DNA of 63,839 nt, the filler included. It is 5 parts of 5 records of this genome, joined end to end, with 100 filler letters (N's around TTAATTAATTAA, not from the genome) between each part and the next. Parts side by side here need not be neighbours in the genome. Positions count along the whole stretch, not along the records: positions 29,604 to 49,102 come from SRR2962707_3463; positions 49,203 to 63,839 come from SRR2962707_3465; 3 more parts are not named here. One strand, written 5' to 3'. Under the pieces are notes generated by a model. It worked only from the letters and a program-made list of their open reading frames with translations. It searched no databases and had not been told where the DNA came from. A program made the position numbers and the translations under genes. Numbering within the stretch: the stretch's first letter is position 1; each line of letters starts with the position of its first letter. Below, in pieces: positions 45,377 to 57,311 of the stretch.

Positions 45377-46066
45377 TTAGAAATTTGGACTCAAATTGAA
45401 TTTTTTGTAAAAAGCATCAAGAACCTCAATTACTTCGTCTTCAGTATCTACTAGCTTAATCAAATCTAAATCTTTTTCACTTATATTGTTATTTGCATTT
45501 AGCAAGGTTGTTTTAACCCAGTCCATTAATCCTCCCCAAAAATCGGTTCCAACTAATATAATAGGGAACATTGCTATTTTTTTAGTTTGAATGAGTGTAA
45601 TAGCCTCAAAAAGCTCGTCTAAAGTTCCAAATCCACCTGGCATTACTACAAATCCTTGAGAATATTTTACAAACATAACTTTACGAACAAAAAAGTAATC
45701 AAAATCTAAACTTTTATCACTATCTATGTATGGATTGTCATGTTGCTCAAAGGGGAGTTCTATGTTTAAACCTACAGAGGTTCCACCTGCCAAATGTGCT
45801 CCTTTATTACCAGCTTCCATAATTCCAGGGCCACCACCCGTAATTACTCCATAACCAGCCTCTACTATTTTCTTAGCAATATTTTCTGCCAATTGATAAT
45901 ATTTGTGTTCTGGTTTAGTACGAGCAGATCCAAATATAGAAACACAGGGACCTATTTTACTTAATCTCTCATAGCCATTTACAAATTCACTCATGATTTT
46001 AAAAATGGCCCATGAATCATTTGTTTTTATCTCATTCCATCCTTTATGATGCTTTTCTTTTCTCAT
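45377..46066 (-). CDS. LOG family (TIGR00730-type) nucleotide phosphoribohydrolase
   Basis: VSIFGSAR, ITGGGPGIMEA, FFVRKVMF, PGGFGTLDE; start placed at ATG 46066. Confidence 0.92.
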   Translation of the reverse strand: MRKEKHHKGWNEIKTNDSWAIFKIMSEFVNGYERLSKIGPCVSIFGSARTKPEHKYYQLAENIAKKIVEAGYGVITGGGPGIMEAGNKGAHLAGGTSVGLNIELPFEQHDNPYIDSDKSLDFDYFFVRKVMFVKYSQGFVVMPGGFGTLDELFEAITLIQTKKIAMFPIILVGTDFWGGLMDWVKTTLLNANNNISEKDLDLIKLVDTEDEVIEVLDAFYKKFNLSPNF

Positions 46067-46118
46067 TTTATATTGTGTTTTAATAATCAATAGGTTTATT
46101 TACAGTAACTTAAATAGT

Positions 46119-48950
46119 TTATTTTAATTCTTTCTTTAAGCACTTAGCGGTATGACTTTTTTTATTTGTAACTATTTCTTCTGGAGCTCCAGTGGCAATA
46201 ACTTTTCCACCACCTTTTCCGCCTTCAGGGCCAATATCTATAATATGATCTACCATTTTAATAACATCTAGATTATGCTCAATTATCAAAACAGTATTTC
46301 CTTTGTTAGTTAGTGTATTGAGAACTCCCATCAATACACTAATATCTTCAAAATGTAATCCAGTTGTGGGTTCGTCTAAAATATAAAACGTATTTCCAGT
46401 ATCTTTTTTAGAAAGTTCTGTAGCTAATTTCACGCGTTGAGCTTCCCCGCCAGAAAGGGTAGTAGACTGCTGTCCTAGTGTAATATAGCCTAACCCTACG
46501 TCTTGCAATGTTGCTATTTTACGATGTATCTTTGGGATGTTTGCAAAAAACTCCACAGCTTCATTAATAGTCATTTCTAAAACATCGGCAATCGACTTTC
46601 CTTTATATCTAATCTCTAAGGTCTCTCTATTGAATCGTTTTCCATTACAAGTTTCACATGATACTGTTACATCTGGCAAAAAATTCATTTCAATAACTCT
46701 TACTCCGGCACCTTGACAGGTCTCACATCTTCCTCCTTTTACATTAAAGCTAAATCTTCCAGGCTTATAACCGCGAATCATAGCTTCTGGTGTTTGTGTA
46801 AATAGTGTTCTAATTTCACTAAAAACACCAGTATACGTAGCAGGGTTGGAGCGAGGGGTTCTTCCAATTGGAGATTGATTAATATCTATTACCTTATCTA
46901 TATGCTCTAAGCCTTTGATGCTTTTGTAAGGCATGGGGATTTTTACAGCATTAAAAAAGTGTTCATTTAAAATAGGATATAAGGTCTCGTTAATTAATGT
47001 AGATTTTCCGCTTCCAGAAACTCCCGTAACCCCAATCATTTTTCCTAAAGGGAACTCAACATTGATGTTCTTTAAATTATTTCCAGAACATCCTTTTAAA
47101 ACAATAGATTTGCCATTGCCTTTTCTTCGTTTTTCAGGAATTTCAATTTCTTTCTTTCCTGTGATGTAATCTGCTGTAAGGGTATTGTATTTCTTTAATC
47201 CTGATGGAGGTCCTTCAGAAATTATTTCACCGCCTAACTTTCCTGCTTTTGGACCGATATCGATAACATGATCTGCACGTTCAATCATATCTTTATCGTG
47301 CTCCACCACAATCACAGAATTCCCAATATCTCTTAAAGATTCTAAAGATTTTATGAGTCGGTCGTTATCTCTTTGATGTAATCCAATACTCGGCTCGTCT
47401 AAAATATACAAAACACCAACAAGTTGCGAACCTATCTGTGTGGCTAAACGAATTCGTTGTGCTTCCCCACCAGAAAGCGACTTTGAACTTCTGCTTAGCG
47501 ATAAATAATTAAGACCAACATCTAAAAGAAAATCAATTCTTGCCGTAATCTCTTTAAGAATTTCCTCTCCAATTTTTAACTGCTTTTCTGAAAGTTGCTT
47601 TGGTAAATCTTTAAAGAAAGAAGCTAATTCAATCATATCTAAAGCAGATAATTCAGCTATATTTTTTTCATTCACCTTAAAATACAACGACTCCCTTCTT
47701 AGTCTGCTTCCATCACAAGTAGGGCAATTTACTTTATCCATAAATCCTTTTGCCCAGCGACGAATAGAGGTAGACTGACTCTCTTCAAACTGATTTTTTA
47801 TAAAGCTAATAATCCCTTCAAAATCAATTTTGTAATCTCTGGTAATTCCTAATGTTTTAGATTCTACAGAGAATTTTTCATTCCCTCCATTAAGAATCAT
47901 TTCCATTGCTTCGGCAGGGATTTTCTTAATTGGATCTGTGAGTTCAAAATCGTAACGTTGTGCTATAACTTCTAACTGCTTGAAAATCCAAGATTTTTTA
48001 TATTCTCCTAAGGGAGCAATCCCGCCAGCTTTAATGCTTAAAGCATCATTAGGAATAATTTTTTCAAAGTTTACTTCATATATCTTCCCTAAGCCACTGC
48101 AAGTAGGGCACATTCCTTTAGGGGAATTGAATGAAAATGTATTAGGCTCTGGATTAGGGTATGAAATTCCAGAAGTAGGACACATTAAATTTCGACTAAA
48201 AAAACGGGCTTCCTCAGTATCATGATCTATTATCATTAACACATCATCTCCATGATACATGGCGGTATTAATACTTTCAGAAAGGCGTTTAGAGGTATTT
48301 TCATTATCATCAATTTGCATTCTATCGATGACGGTTTCTATATCATGATTTTTATAACGGTCAACTTTCATCCCTTTGGTGAGGTCTAAAATTTCTCCGT
48401 CAACCCGTACTTTTACAAAACCTTGTTTAGAAATCTGCTCGAATAATTCCCTATAATGTCCTTTTCTACTTCTAACTACTGGTGCAAGAATATTGATCCG
48501 CTTACCATTATACTCGCTTATAATAAGGTCTTTTATCTGCTCGTCGCTATAACTCACCATTTTTTCACCAGTATTGTAGCTATAAGCATCTGCAGCACGG
48601 GCAAATAATAAACGTAAGAAATCGTATATCTCAGTAATAGTCCCAACGGTAGAGCGTGGCGACTTAGAAGTAGTTTTTTGTTCAATAGCGATAACAGGGG
48701 AGAGTCCGTCAATTTTATCGACATCGGGACGCTCTAATCCTCCAAGAAATTGACGTGCATATGCTGAAAATGTTTCAATATATCGACGTTGACCTTCGGC
48801 ATAAATAGTATCAAAAGCTAAGGATGATTTCCCACTTCCTGAAAGTCCGGTTATAACTACCAATTTTTCTCTTGGAATTGTTACATCTATATTTTTAAGG
48901 TTATGGACTCTAGCGCCTTTAACCTCTATGTTTTCTTCAAAATTTGTCAT
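46119..48950 (-). CDS. uvrA: Excinuclease ABC subunit A
   Basis: GARVHNLKN, two Walker A motifs ([18 protein letters not shown]), two LSGGEAQR signatures, Zn-finger CxxC pairs. Confidence 0.98.
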   Translation of the reverse strand: MTNFEENIEVKGARVHNLKNIDVTIPREKLVVITGLSGSGKSSLAFDTIYAEGQRRYIETFSAYARQFLGGLERPDVDKIDGLSPVIAIEQKTTSKSPRSTVGTITEIYDFLRLLFARAADAYSYNTGEKMVSYSDEQIKDLIISEYNGKRINILAPVVRSRKGHYRELFEQISKQGFVKVRVDGEILDLTKGMKVDRYKNHDIETVIDRMQIDDNENTSKRLSESINTAMYHGDDVLMIIDHDTEEARFFSRNLMCPTSGISYPNPEPNTFSFNSPKGMCPTCSGLGKIYEVNFEKIIPNDALSIKAGGIAPLGEYKKSWIFKQLEVIAQRYDFELTDPIKKIPAEAMEMILNGGNEKFSVESKTLGITRDYKIDFEGIISFIKNQFEESQSTSIRRWAKGFMDKVNCPTCDGSRLRRESLYFKVNEKNIAELSALDMIELASFFKDLPKQLSEKQLKIGEEILKEITARIDFLLDVGLNYLSLSRSSKSLSGGEAQRIRLATQIGSQLVGVLYILDEPSIGLHQRDNDRLIKSLESLRDIGNSVIVVEHDKDMIERADHVIDIGPKAGKLGGEIISEGPPSGLKKYNTLTADYITGKKEIEIPEKRRKGNGKSIVLKGCSGNNLKNINVEFPLGKMIGVTGVSGSGKSTLINETLYPILNEHFFNAVKIPMPYKSIKGLEHIDKVIDINQSPIGRTPRSNPATYTGVFSEIRTLFTQTPEAMIRGYKPGRFSFNVKGGRCETCQGAGVRVIEMNFLPDVTVSCETCNGKRFNRETLEIRYKGKSIADVLEMTINEAVEFFANIPKIHRKIATLQDVGLGYITLGQQSTTLSGGEAQRVKLATELSKKDTGNTFYILDEPTTGLHFEDISVLMGVLNTLTNKGNTVLIIEHNLDVIKMVDHIIDIGPEGGKGGGKVIATGAPEEIVTNKKSHTAKCLKKELK

Positions 48951-48958
48951 ATAAAACG

Positions 48959-48974
48959 CAAAACTACAAAGTTA
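48959..48974 (-). promoter_or_regulatory. Bacteroidota -7 promoter element(s) of uvrA
   Basis: Adjacent TAACTTTG and TAGTTTTG on the minus strand just upstream of the ATG. Confidence 0.5.
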
Positions 48975-49068
48975 CGATTTTAAGTGTTAAAAGGGAAGAA
49001 GATGGAGTTTTGAATTTAATAATTAAGTTATTGGTTTGTCAAGCCGTAAAATTCCTTAAAATAATCCC

Positions 49069-49095
49069 GTCATTTCGACTGAAAGGAGAAATCAC
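49069..49095. repeat. REP-like repeat at contig end
   Basis: GTCATTTCGAC-TGAAAGGAGAAATC; a complementary-type fragment (CGTCGAAATG) lies at the other end of the same contig (29609-29618). Confidence 0.5.
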
Positions 49096-49102
49096 ACCCA
49101 TA

Positions 49103-49202
49103 NNNNNNNNNNNNNNNNNNNNNNNNNNNNNNNNNNNNNNNNNNNNTTAATTAATTAANNNNNNNNNNNNNNNNNNNNNNNNNNNNNNNNNNNNNNNNNN
49201 NN
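49103..49202. other. Artificial contig-joining linker
   Basis: 44 N + TTAATTAATTAA + 44 N; GC content rises after it. Confidence 0.98.
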
Positions 49203-49409
49203 ATAAACGTTACGCTTTTTCTTCTTTTTTTTCTTTTTATCGACAGGATCATCTTCTTTTTCCTTCTCTTCTTCTTCCAGGTCAAGGGTGAGAGGGGTGT
49301 CATAATCTACCTTGAATAGATCTTCCAGAGACTCTCCATCCTGAGAAAAAACAGAAAGCCCCATGAAAATGAGGCTCAATGTAAGTATGTGCTTTATCTG
49401 AACTTTCAT
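49203..49409 (-). CDS. Exported protein, N-terminal fragment (truncated by contig end)
   Basis: Signal peptide ending SVFS-Q, then acidic and poly-Lys tracts; starts 17 bp after the M14 stop codon. Confidence 0.7.
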
Positions 49410-49426
49410 CCAGTTGTTGTTTCTAT

Positions 49427-51988
49427 TTACTCACCAGCACCACGGCTGATTGCTTCTCCAAAAAACAACGCATTCATGAAGATTTTATTGGTCCCATACC
49501 AGAATGCCCTGAAGTTTGGATTGTCTGCTAATGTAATCACTTTCCCGCGACCAACATTAGATATAGTCACCGCCGGTGAATTTTTAAATCGTTCCAGGTT
49601 TTCCTCGGAAACATAACCGGAGAGCAAAGGGTTTTCTGTGTAAACAAAAGGATTTGCATAGGCATTTTTTGATTTCTCCATGACCAGGTTGTGATTTCTG
49701 AATAGCGGCATACGATCGCTTTCCATTCCATAAGCCAGTGGATGTGTCAAATCGACCTTCGCCTCAAAAATGGAGCCGCCTGTTACCTGGGCACCTCTTT
49801 CTTCATCCAGGTTTTCGTACGCTTTGAAGGACTCTTCTTCCTCTTCTTCATCGTCACCATTGGCATACTGCACATTGGTGATCTCTGCATCGGATAACCA
49901 TTTTCCTCCGTTTTTCCAGGCAATTGCCACACCGCCTTGCGAAATCCACTCTTTCAGGTTTCTCTTTTGCGAATCACTGAGTGATCCCCACATGTTGGGA
50001 ATAATGATTCGATTATATCTTGATAAGTCCTGACCCAATCTGCTTACCGGGAGCTTGGTCACTTTCATTTTATATCGCTGATCCAAAAGGTGCCATACTT
50101 CACCAGCTTCATAGCTGCTGACACCACCTTCAACTAATATTGCAATTTTCGGCTCTTTCATCGTGGTGTTACTTCGGCTGCCTAAGTCTACTCCTGATCT
50201 GGCAAGACCAGTATTCAGTGCATATACGTTGACTCCATCTTCTTTTACAATTTCATCTATGGTTTGCTCGATCCATGCCCGCTTATTTTCCTGAACACCC
50301 ACCGGGATGATCATTGTGCCTCGCGGATATGTGCGAGCCCCATCGTTATGTGTTTCATTCAACATCTGCACCACTACTTTCTTACTCAACAACCGATTGA
50401 TTGCTCTGAAACCAAGATATCCGTAAGGCTCGATAGCATATGCGTAGGCTCCTTTATCGCCAATCAGTTCACCTTCAGGCATGGCTGCATATTCAAGTGG
50501 TTCATTCATGCTGATGGATCCAATCTCCCTGCTTCCCAGTTCTGCGTAAGGGAGGTTAAATGCCAGTGGCATAGTCCAGGTGGATACATCGTAGAACAAA
50601 CTGTCACTAAATGAAGTCCGTGTTTCAAAAATCGCTTTTGCTAACCGGTACTGACCCTGATTCATCGGGACCACATAAGCCTGATCCTTTTTGAATGATT
50701 TTCCATTTTTGGAGATGTCTCTGCTTAGCGGGTACACATCAATTTCATGTTGAATAAGCATCTTGGCTAACTCATAATTTCGATAAGCATCTTTTTCTGA
50801 TCCAAAGACGTACGCTTTGACAGCATCTTGTGAAGCGAGGTTGGAAGCACCTTGATAAAACTCCCTTTGATAATACAAAAATTCTTTACGATGCGCAATG
50901 CCGGAAGCAAGCGTGGAAAGTGATGCCGTGAAATGATTTCTGATGGCCATGGGGAAGGTTAAAATTCCATAGTCATTTTCCTGGGCATGTCCCCTGGAGC
51001 TGGCCTGCTCAAATAAAATTCCAACACTTCCATTGACATCCGGATAAGTAGAGCCCTTACCGATGTAAAAGTCATCAAAGCTTTCCTCGCTGTAATACAA
51101 TGAGCCAATCTGATCCAGATATTTAGCATGGAAAGCCGCCATTTTGTGAGTGAGGTCCACGTTCTTGTCTGGTGTCCATGGAAACTTCCTTGACGGAATG
51201 CCCGGCTGGAAGAAGAAAGTGGAGTTCGTACCCATCTCATGATGGTCTGTCAGGATGTTCGGTTTCCACTCGTGGAATCGAGCTATTCGAGCTCGTGATT
51301 CCGGGTGTGCCAGTGGTAACCAGTCACGATTCAGGTCAAACCAATAATGATTGGTTCTGCCTCCGGGCCATGCTTCATCATATTCACGATCATTTGGATC
51401 TGGGTTGATTACGTGAGAGCGGTGCATATTTACCCAGGTAGAAAAGCGATGTAGTCCATCGGGGTTAAAAGATGGATCTAAAATGATGATAGAGTTTTCC
51501 AGCATCTCATCAATTTCAGCTCCAAGAGCTGCCGCCAAATAGTAGGCCGTGATCAATGAAGCATTTGATCCGCTGGCTTCATTTCCGTGAACAGAGTAGC
51601 CGAGTAACATCACAATTGGCATTTCATCCGTATTCATTGAAGAAGATACAGATGGGTCTGTTAGTTTTTTGTGATCAGCTTTGATCTGATCCAGATTGGC
51701 AAGATTCACCGGTGAGGAAACGGTGATCTGAATCAACGGTCGTCCTTCGTACGTGCGACCAATTTCTTCCAGTATCATCCGGTCAGAAGCTTCCGCTACT
51801 TCTCGCATATAATACACTAGCTGATCATGACTCACATGCCATTCACCTGGCTGGTAGCCCAGCACTTCATAAGGAGTAGGGATGTCTGGGTTGTAGGAAA
51901 ATCCTTCCGGGAGGTAGTAAGCCATATCTACCTGCGCGAAAGACCAAAAGGAAAGAATTGTGAAACATAAGGTGAGGTACTTCTTCAT
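49427..51988 (-). CDS. Secreted M14 family zinc carboxypeptidase with long C-terminal region
   Basis: Signal peptide (SFA-Q), VHGNEAS, NPDG, FDLNRDW, DHHEMG, LFEQASS; C-terminal glutamine-amidotransferase-like fold pattern. Confidence 0.9.
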   Translation of the reverse strand: MKKYLTLCFTILSFWSFAQVDMAYYLPEGFSYNPDIPTPYEVLGYQPGEWHVSHDQLVYYMREVAEASDRMILEEIGRTYEGRPLIQITVSSPVNLANLDQIKADHKKLTDPSVSSSMNTDEMPIVMLLGYSVHGNEASGSNASLITAYYLAAALGAEIDEMLENSIIILDPSFNPDGLHRFSTWVNMHRSHVINPDPNDREYDEAWPGGRTNHYWFDLNRDWLPLAHPESRARIARFHEWKPNILTDHHEMGTNSTFFFQPGIPSRKFPWTPDKNVDLTHKMAAFHAKYLDQIGSLYYSEESFDDFYIGKGSTYPDVNGSVGILFEQASSRGHAQENDYGILTFPMAIRNHFTASLSTLASGIAHRKEFLYYQREFYQGASNLASQDAVKAYVFGSEKDAYRNYELAKMLIQHEIDVYPLSRDISKNGKSFKKDQAYVVPMNQGQYRLAKAIFETRTSFSDSLFYDVSTWTMPLAFNLPYAELGSREIGSISMNEPLEYAAMPEGELIGDKGAYAYAIEPYGYLGFRAINRLLSKKVVVQMLNETHNDGARTYPRGTMIIPVGVQENKRAWIEQTIDEIVKEDGVNVYALNTGLARSGVDLGSRSNTTMKEPKIAILVEGGVSSYEAGEVWHLLDQRYKMKVTKLPVSRLGQDLSRYNRIIIPNMWGSLSDSQKRNLKEWISQGGVAIAWKNGGKWLSDAEITNVQYANGDDEEEEEESFKAYENLDEERGAQVTGGSIFEAKVDLTHPLAYGMESDRMPLFRNHNLVMEKSKNAYANPFVYTENPLLSGYVSEENLERFKNSPAVTISNVGRGKVITLADNPNFRAFWYGTNKIFMNALFFGEAISRGAGE

Positions 51989-52114
51989 ATCTTCATTTTT
52001 TTAGGTTGACTAATCTAAGAAAATGAACAGGGAGATGAAAGAAGGGTTTGATGGGTGGTCGAGGGAGATCAACACTGAGGTGAAAAACACGTTATTGGGT
52101 GAAAAGAAAAAACT

Positions 52115-52612
52115 ATGAATAGGAAGACATATATCAAAACTCAGGTTTTGGCTCTGGGAAGCTTTGTAGCACTTCCCACACTGGCTAATAGTTTGGTTAA
52201 TCAGGATGCTACGGTTTCCACAAAAATGATTAAGGAGTTTGTTTCAGCAGGACATAACAACATAGATAAAGTCAAGGAGCTACTGGCTGAGCAGCCGAAC
52301 CTTATTTATGCCCGCCACGATTGGGGAGGGGGTGACTTTGAAGAGGCGATTGAAGGAGCCGGCCATGTTGGCAACAAAGAGATTGCTACTTTTTTGATTG
52401 AAAAAGGAGCAAGACCCAACCTGTTTGTTATGGCTATGCTCGGAGAAAACCAGGTTGTAAAATCTACATTGGAAGCCTATCCAGCATTGCTAACAGCCAA
52501 GGGGCCACATGGATTCAGTTTGTTACACCATGCCAATGTTGGAGGGAATGAAGGACTATCAGAATACCTGAAGGCCAAAGGACTTAGCGAGAAAAAGTTT
52601 GAGATGAAATAA
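52115..52612 (+). CDS. Small exported ankyrin-repeat-like protein
   Basis: Tat-like N-terminus (MNRKTYIK + hydrophobic stretch); GHVGNKEIATFLIEKGA and GPHGFSLLHHA ankyrin-like motifs. Confidence 0.75.
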   Translation: MNRKTYIKTQVLALGSFVALPTLANSLVNQDATVSTKMIKEFVSAGHNNIDKVKELLAEQPNLIYARHDWGGGDFEEAIEGAGHVGNKEIATFLIEKGARPNLFVMAMLGENQVVKSTLEAYPALLTAKGPHGFSLLHHANVGGNEGLSEYLKAKGLSEKKFEMK

Positions 52613-52640
52613 AAAACCCACTCAACCGAGCGGGTTTTTT
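52611..52640. terminator. Bidirectional intrinsic terminator
   Basis: AAAAAACCCACTC-AACC-GAGCGGGTTTTTT between convergent genes. Confidence 0.8.
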
Positions 52641-52709
52641 CTATGTCATGTTGGGCTTGTCGAAACATAGACATTTGCCTTGTCCCTCTGCGGCAGGTCT
52701 CTGTTTTTT

Positions 52710-54599
<1,890 letters not shown>

Positions 54600-54640
54600 C
54601 GTCTGATTACAATTTTTTGTTGTTACTCAATCAGACAAAC

Positions 54641-54681
54641 TCAAATTCTATTCCAGAGGGCGAAAACTGACAGGTTGGCAG
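54641..54681 (-). promoter_or_regulatory. Putative htpG promoter: sigma54-like -24/-12 plus upstream imperfect palindrome
   Basis: Minus strand reads CTGCCAACCTGTCAG (54681-54667), then TGGAATAGAATTTGA (54655-54641; GG-N10-GA). Confidence 0.45.
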
Positions 54682-54686
54682 AAAAC

Positions 54687-54712
54687 GTGCAAGGGGTGCG
54701 AGCCCCTTACAC
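54687..54712 (-). terminator. Probable terminator of the DoxX-like gene
   Basis: GTGCAAGGGG-TGCGAG-CCCCTTACAC hairpin with a short T-run downstream on -. Confidence 0.55.
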
Positions 54713-54721
54713 TTTAATCAA

Positions 54722-55111
54722 CTACCCTAATTCTTCTGATTGAGTCACCTTGTCGCTGGTAATCATAAAGAGTGAAAACGCCCCCATCGCCATAACCAGA
54801 TCTCTTACTGCTACATCTACATAAGACCAGGTAGCAATCAAAGAAAACGCAATGCAAACCAGCCAGGCACCCACAATGAAGGAGCCTATTTTGGGTTTTA
54901 CCAACACAATGATCCCGGCAATTATTTCAATAATCCCTACTACAATCATAAATGTGGAGGGGTCAAAAGGGAGTACATCTGCAAGGGCCTGCGATAAGTA
55001 TAATCTCCACTCTGTGAGAAGATTGGTGAACTTATCCAGCCCCGCCACTATTGGGACAACCCCGTATGTGTATTTCAACATCGTTTGAACAAATTGAACA
55101 TTTGAATTCAT
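54722..55111 (-). CDS. DoxX-like membrane protein
   Basis: PIVAGLDKFTNLL..W..YL, VGIIEIIAG, DVAVRDL; four hydrophobic segments. Confidence 0.8.
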   Translation of the reverse strand: MNSNVQFVQTMLKYTYGVVPIVAGLDKFTNLLTEWRLYLSQALADVLPFDPSTFMIVVGIIEIIAGIIVLVKPKIGSFIVGAWLVCIAFSLIATWSYVDVAVRDLVMAMGAFSLFMITSDKVTQSEELG

Positions 55112-55139
55112 AACTTAATTTTTTGGTTAAAATCATGGG

Positions 55140-55203
55140 TTAGATTGAGCGCTGTTCGAAAGGATACAAAATCATGTAACTTTTTTCGAGATCCGCTATC
55201 TAA
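55140..55203. promoter_or_regulatory. Back-to-back divergent ECF-type promoters TGTAWC-N17-ATCTAA
   Basis: Plus strand: TGTAAC (55175-55180), N17, ATCTAA (55198-55203). Minus strand: TGTATC (55168-55163), N17, ATCTAA (55145-55140). Confidence 0.65.
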
Positions 55204-55216
55204 GCCAAAAGAGAAC

Positions 55217-55891
55217 ATGATGATTACCACATTCAAAAGTAGACAGGACACTCCGGGAATGAAGGAGTCTGACATAATCAGGCGCATTCTTGGTGGTGAA
55301 AAGGAACTTTATGAAATTTTAGTGAGAAGGAATAACCAAAAGTTGTTTAGATGTGTGCGAGGGTATCTTGCTGATGAGGAAGAGATAAAGGATGTAATGC
55401 AAAACAGTTACCTCAAGGCATTTGACAAGCTGAGCCATTTCAAACTCCAGTCTTCATTTTCTACCTGGCTGATCCGTATAGCTATGAATGAAGCTTTGGC
55501 ACGATTGAAACAAAAGGGGAAGATTGTTGAATGGGACACAAATCGATTAGCAGACACTGAAAATGACTTTGCGAACGATAAAAGCCATGAACAGAACCCT
55601 TACAACAGAATGATAAGAAAAGAAGGAAGGGAGCTTCTGGAAAGAGCTATCGGAGATCTGGATGTAATCTACCGGACGACCTATATCATGAAGGAACTGG
55701 AAGAGATGAGCATAGAGGAAATTTCTGATGTGTTGAACATTTCTGTGTCCAATGTGAAGATTCGGCTTCACCGGGCCCGACTGATGTTACGGGAGAGTCT
55801 GTATGAATTATCTCAGGACAAAGACCTCTTTGAGTTTGGGTTCAGTAAATGTGATGATATCACGGAGCGGGTGATTAAGGCAATTCAATGA
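55217..55891 (+). CDS. ECF RNA polymerase sigma factor with Cys-containing C-terminal extension
   Basis: Region 2 (DVMQNSYLKAF...FSTWLIRIAMNEAL), region 4 (MSIEEISDVLNISVSNVKIRLHRAR), tail FEFGFSKCD; start placed at ATG 55217, downstream of the predicted promoter. Confidence 0.92.
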   Translation: MMITTFKSRQDTPGMKESDIIRRILGGEKELYEILVRRNNQKLFRCVRGYLADEEEIKDVMQNSYLKAFDKLSHFKLQSSFSTWLIRIAMNEALARLKQKGKIVEWDTNRLADTENDFANDKSHEQNPYNRMIRKEGRELLERAIGDLDVIYRTTYIMKELEEMSIEEISDVLNISVSNVKIRLHRARLMLRESLYELSQDKDLFEFGFSKCDDITERVIKAIQ

Positions 55892-56395
55892 TTACCTAAT
55901 CCTGTCAGCACTTCTCACCAGCTTTTCATCTTTTCTGATGAAGCGGTTTGCCAGGAAGTTGTTGAGCATGGCTACAATGGGGAGGTAGAAACCAATAAGA
56001 AATGTTCCCTGCACCTGCGGGTCAAACAGCTGATTGGCTTTGCTGATGTACAAATACATGCCTACTAGTGTGGCCGCTGTTAAAAGCGAGAAGAGCGCAT
56101 TTAGTTTTACCTGTGTCATGCGATTCTTATACCGCGTGATGGAAAACAACATTACCAGTGCTGCCACTACGGCCCCTACAGAAAGCAAAAAAGTGCTTTG
56201 CGTTCCAAGCAGTTGTACTTCACCACTTTCCATGATATGCTGCTCATACCGCAGTTGAAAAGAATCCATGATGGCATATTCTCGTTTTTCTGCCTCAAAA
56301 TTCTGATCCGACTTTTCCCAGATCGGGAAGAAGAGCATTAAAGTCATCGCGATCGCAGCGATGGTCATGAAGATGGTTTGTACTCGTTGTAGCAT
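55892..56395 (-). CDS. DUF4293-like membrane protein
   Basis: MLQRVQTIF start, YKNRMTQVKL, C-terminal LANRFIRKDEKLVRSADRIR. Confidence 0.85.
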   Translation of the reverse strand: MLQRVQTIFMTIAAIAMTLMLFFPIWEKSDQNFEAEKREYAIMDSFQLRYEQHIMESGEVQLLGTQSTFLLSVGAVVAALVMLFSITRYKNRMTQVKLNALFSLLTAATLVGMYLYISKANQLFDPQVQGTFLIGFYLPIVAMLNNFLANRFIRKDEKLVRSADRIR

Positions 56396-56423
56396 AACTT
56401 TTTGTTAGGATCTCTTTTAAGAG

Positions 56424-56492
56424 GTCATTCTGAACTTGTTTCAGAATCTATTAAACAAATGTTGAAAGATGCTGAATTAAATTCAGCATGAC
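56424..56492. repeat. Inverted pair of REP-like palindromes
   Basis: GTCATTCTGAACTTGTTTCAGAATCT ... AGATGCTGAATTAAATTCAGCATGAC; each half is a hairpin and the two are inverted. Confidence 0.75.
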
Positions 56493-56566
56493 CTTTATTA
56501 ACATAGTATCTGCAAATATGAGTGGAAACACCCATCAAATGGAAGGAATACCACAATTTTGTCGCC

Positions 56567-57310
56567 GTGAGGTATTTCATGGACATCAGTTACCGAGGCA
56601 CCAACTATAGCGGCTGGCAAATACAGCCGAATGGGGTAACTGTGCAGGAGGAAATCGAAAAAGCAATTTCAACGGTCCTACAAACCGAAATAGCCATCAC
56701 GGGGAGTGGTCGTACAGATGCTGGTGTACACGCCACCCAACAAATTGCACACTTTGATGCGAATGATATTGACCCGAATCAGCTGGCCTTCAAACTCAAT
56801 TCGTTTCTAGGTCCGGACATCTCAATCAACAGTATCCGCCGGGTCAAAGACGATGTAAGTGCACGTTTTGAGGCGACCTCCAGAAAATATCATTACCACC
56901 TTCATCAGGCCAAAGATCCGTTCAAAACCGGCCTTTCGTATTACTTCCGCCCGGAACTTAACGTCGACTTGATCAACGGGGGATGCGAAATAATTAAGGG
57001 CTGGAAGAACTTTGAGTGCTTTAGTAAAGTTCATACCGAGGTGAATCACTTCAATTGTGACATCTTCAAGGCAAAATGGGTGCAGGATGGCACCAATCAT
57101 TTGTTTGAGATCACGGCGAATCGTTTTCTTCGCGGGATGGTTCGCGCTATTGTAGGGACGCTGATTGATGTGGGTTTAGGAAAAACAAGTCTTGAAAAAC
57201 TGAGTTTGATTTTACAAAGCAACAATCGAAGTGAAGCAGGGCGAGCAGTTCCCCCGGATGGGCTGTACCTGCAGGAAGTGATCTATCCGAAAGACATTTA
57301 TATCAACTGA
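56567..57310 (+). CDS. truA: tRNA pseudouridine(38-40) synthase
   Basis: YRGTNYSGWQIQPN, GSGRTDAGVHA, FLRGMVRAIVG, GLYL; start placed at GTG 56567. Confidence 0.96.
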   Translation: MRYFMDISYRGTNYSGWQIQPNGVTVQEEIEKAISTVLQTEIAITGSGRTDAGVHATQQIAHFDANDIDPNQLAFKLNSFLGPDISINSIRRVKDDVSARFEATSRKYHYHLHQAKDPFKTGLSYYFRPELNVDLINGGCEIIKGWKNFECFSKVHTEVNHFNCDIFKAKWVQDGTNHLFEITANRFLRGMVRAIVGTLIDVGLGKTSLEKLSLILQSNNRSEAGRAVPPDGLYLQEVIYPKDIYIN

Positions 57311-57311
57311 T

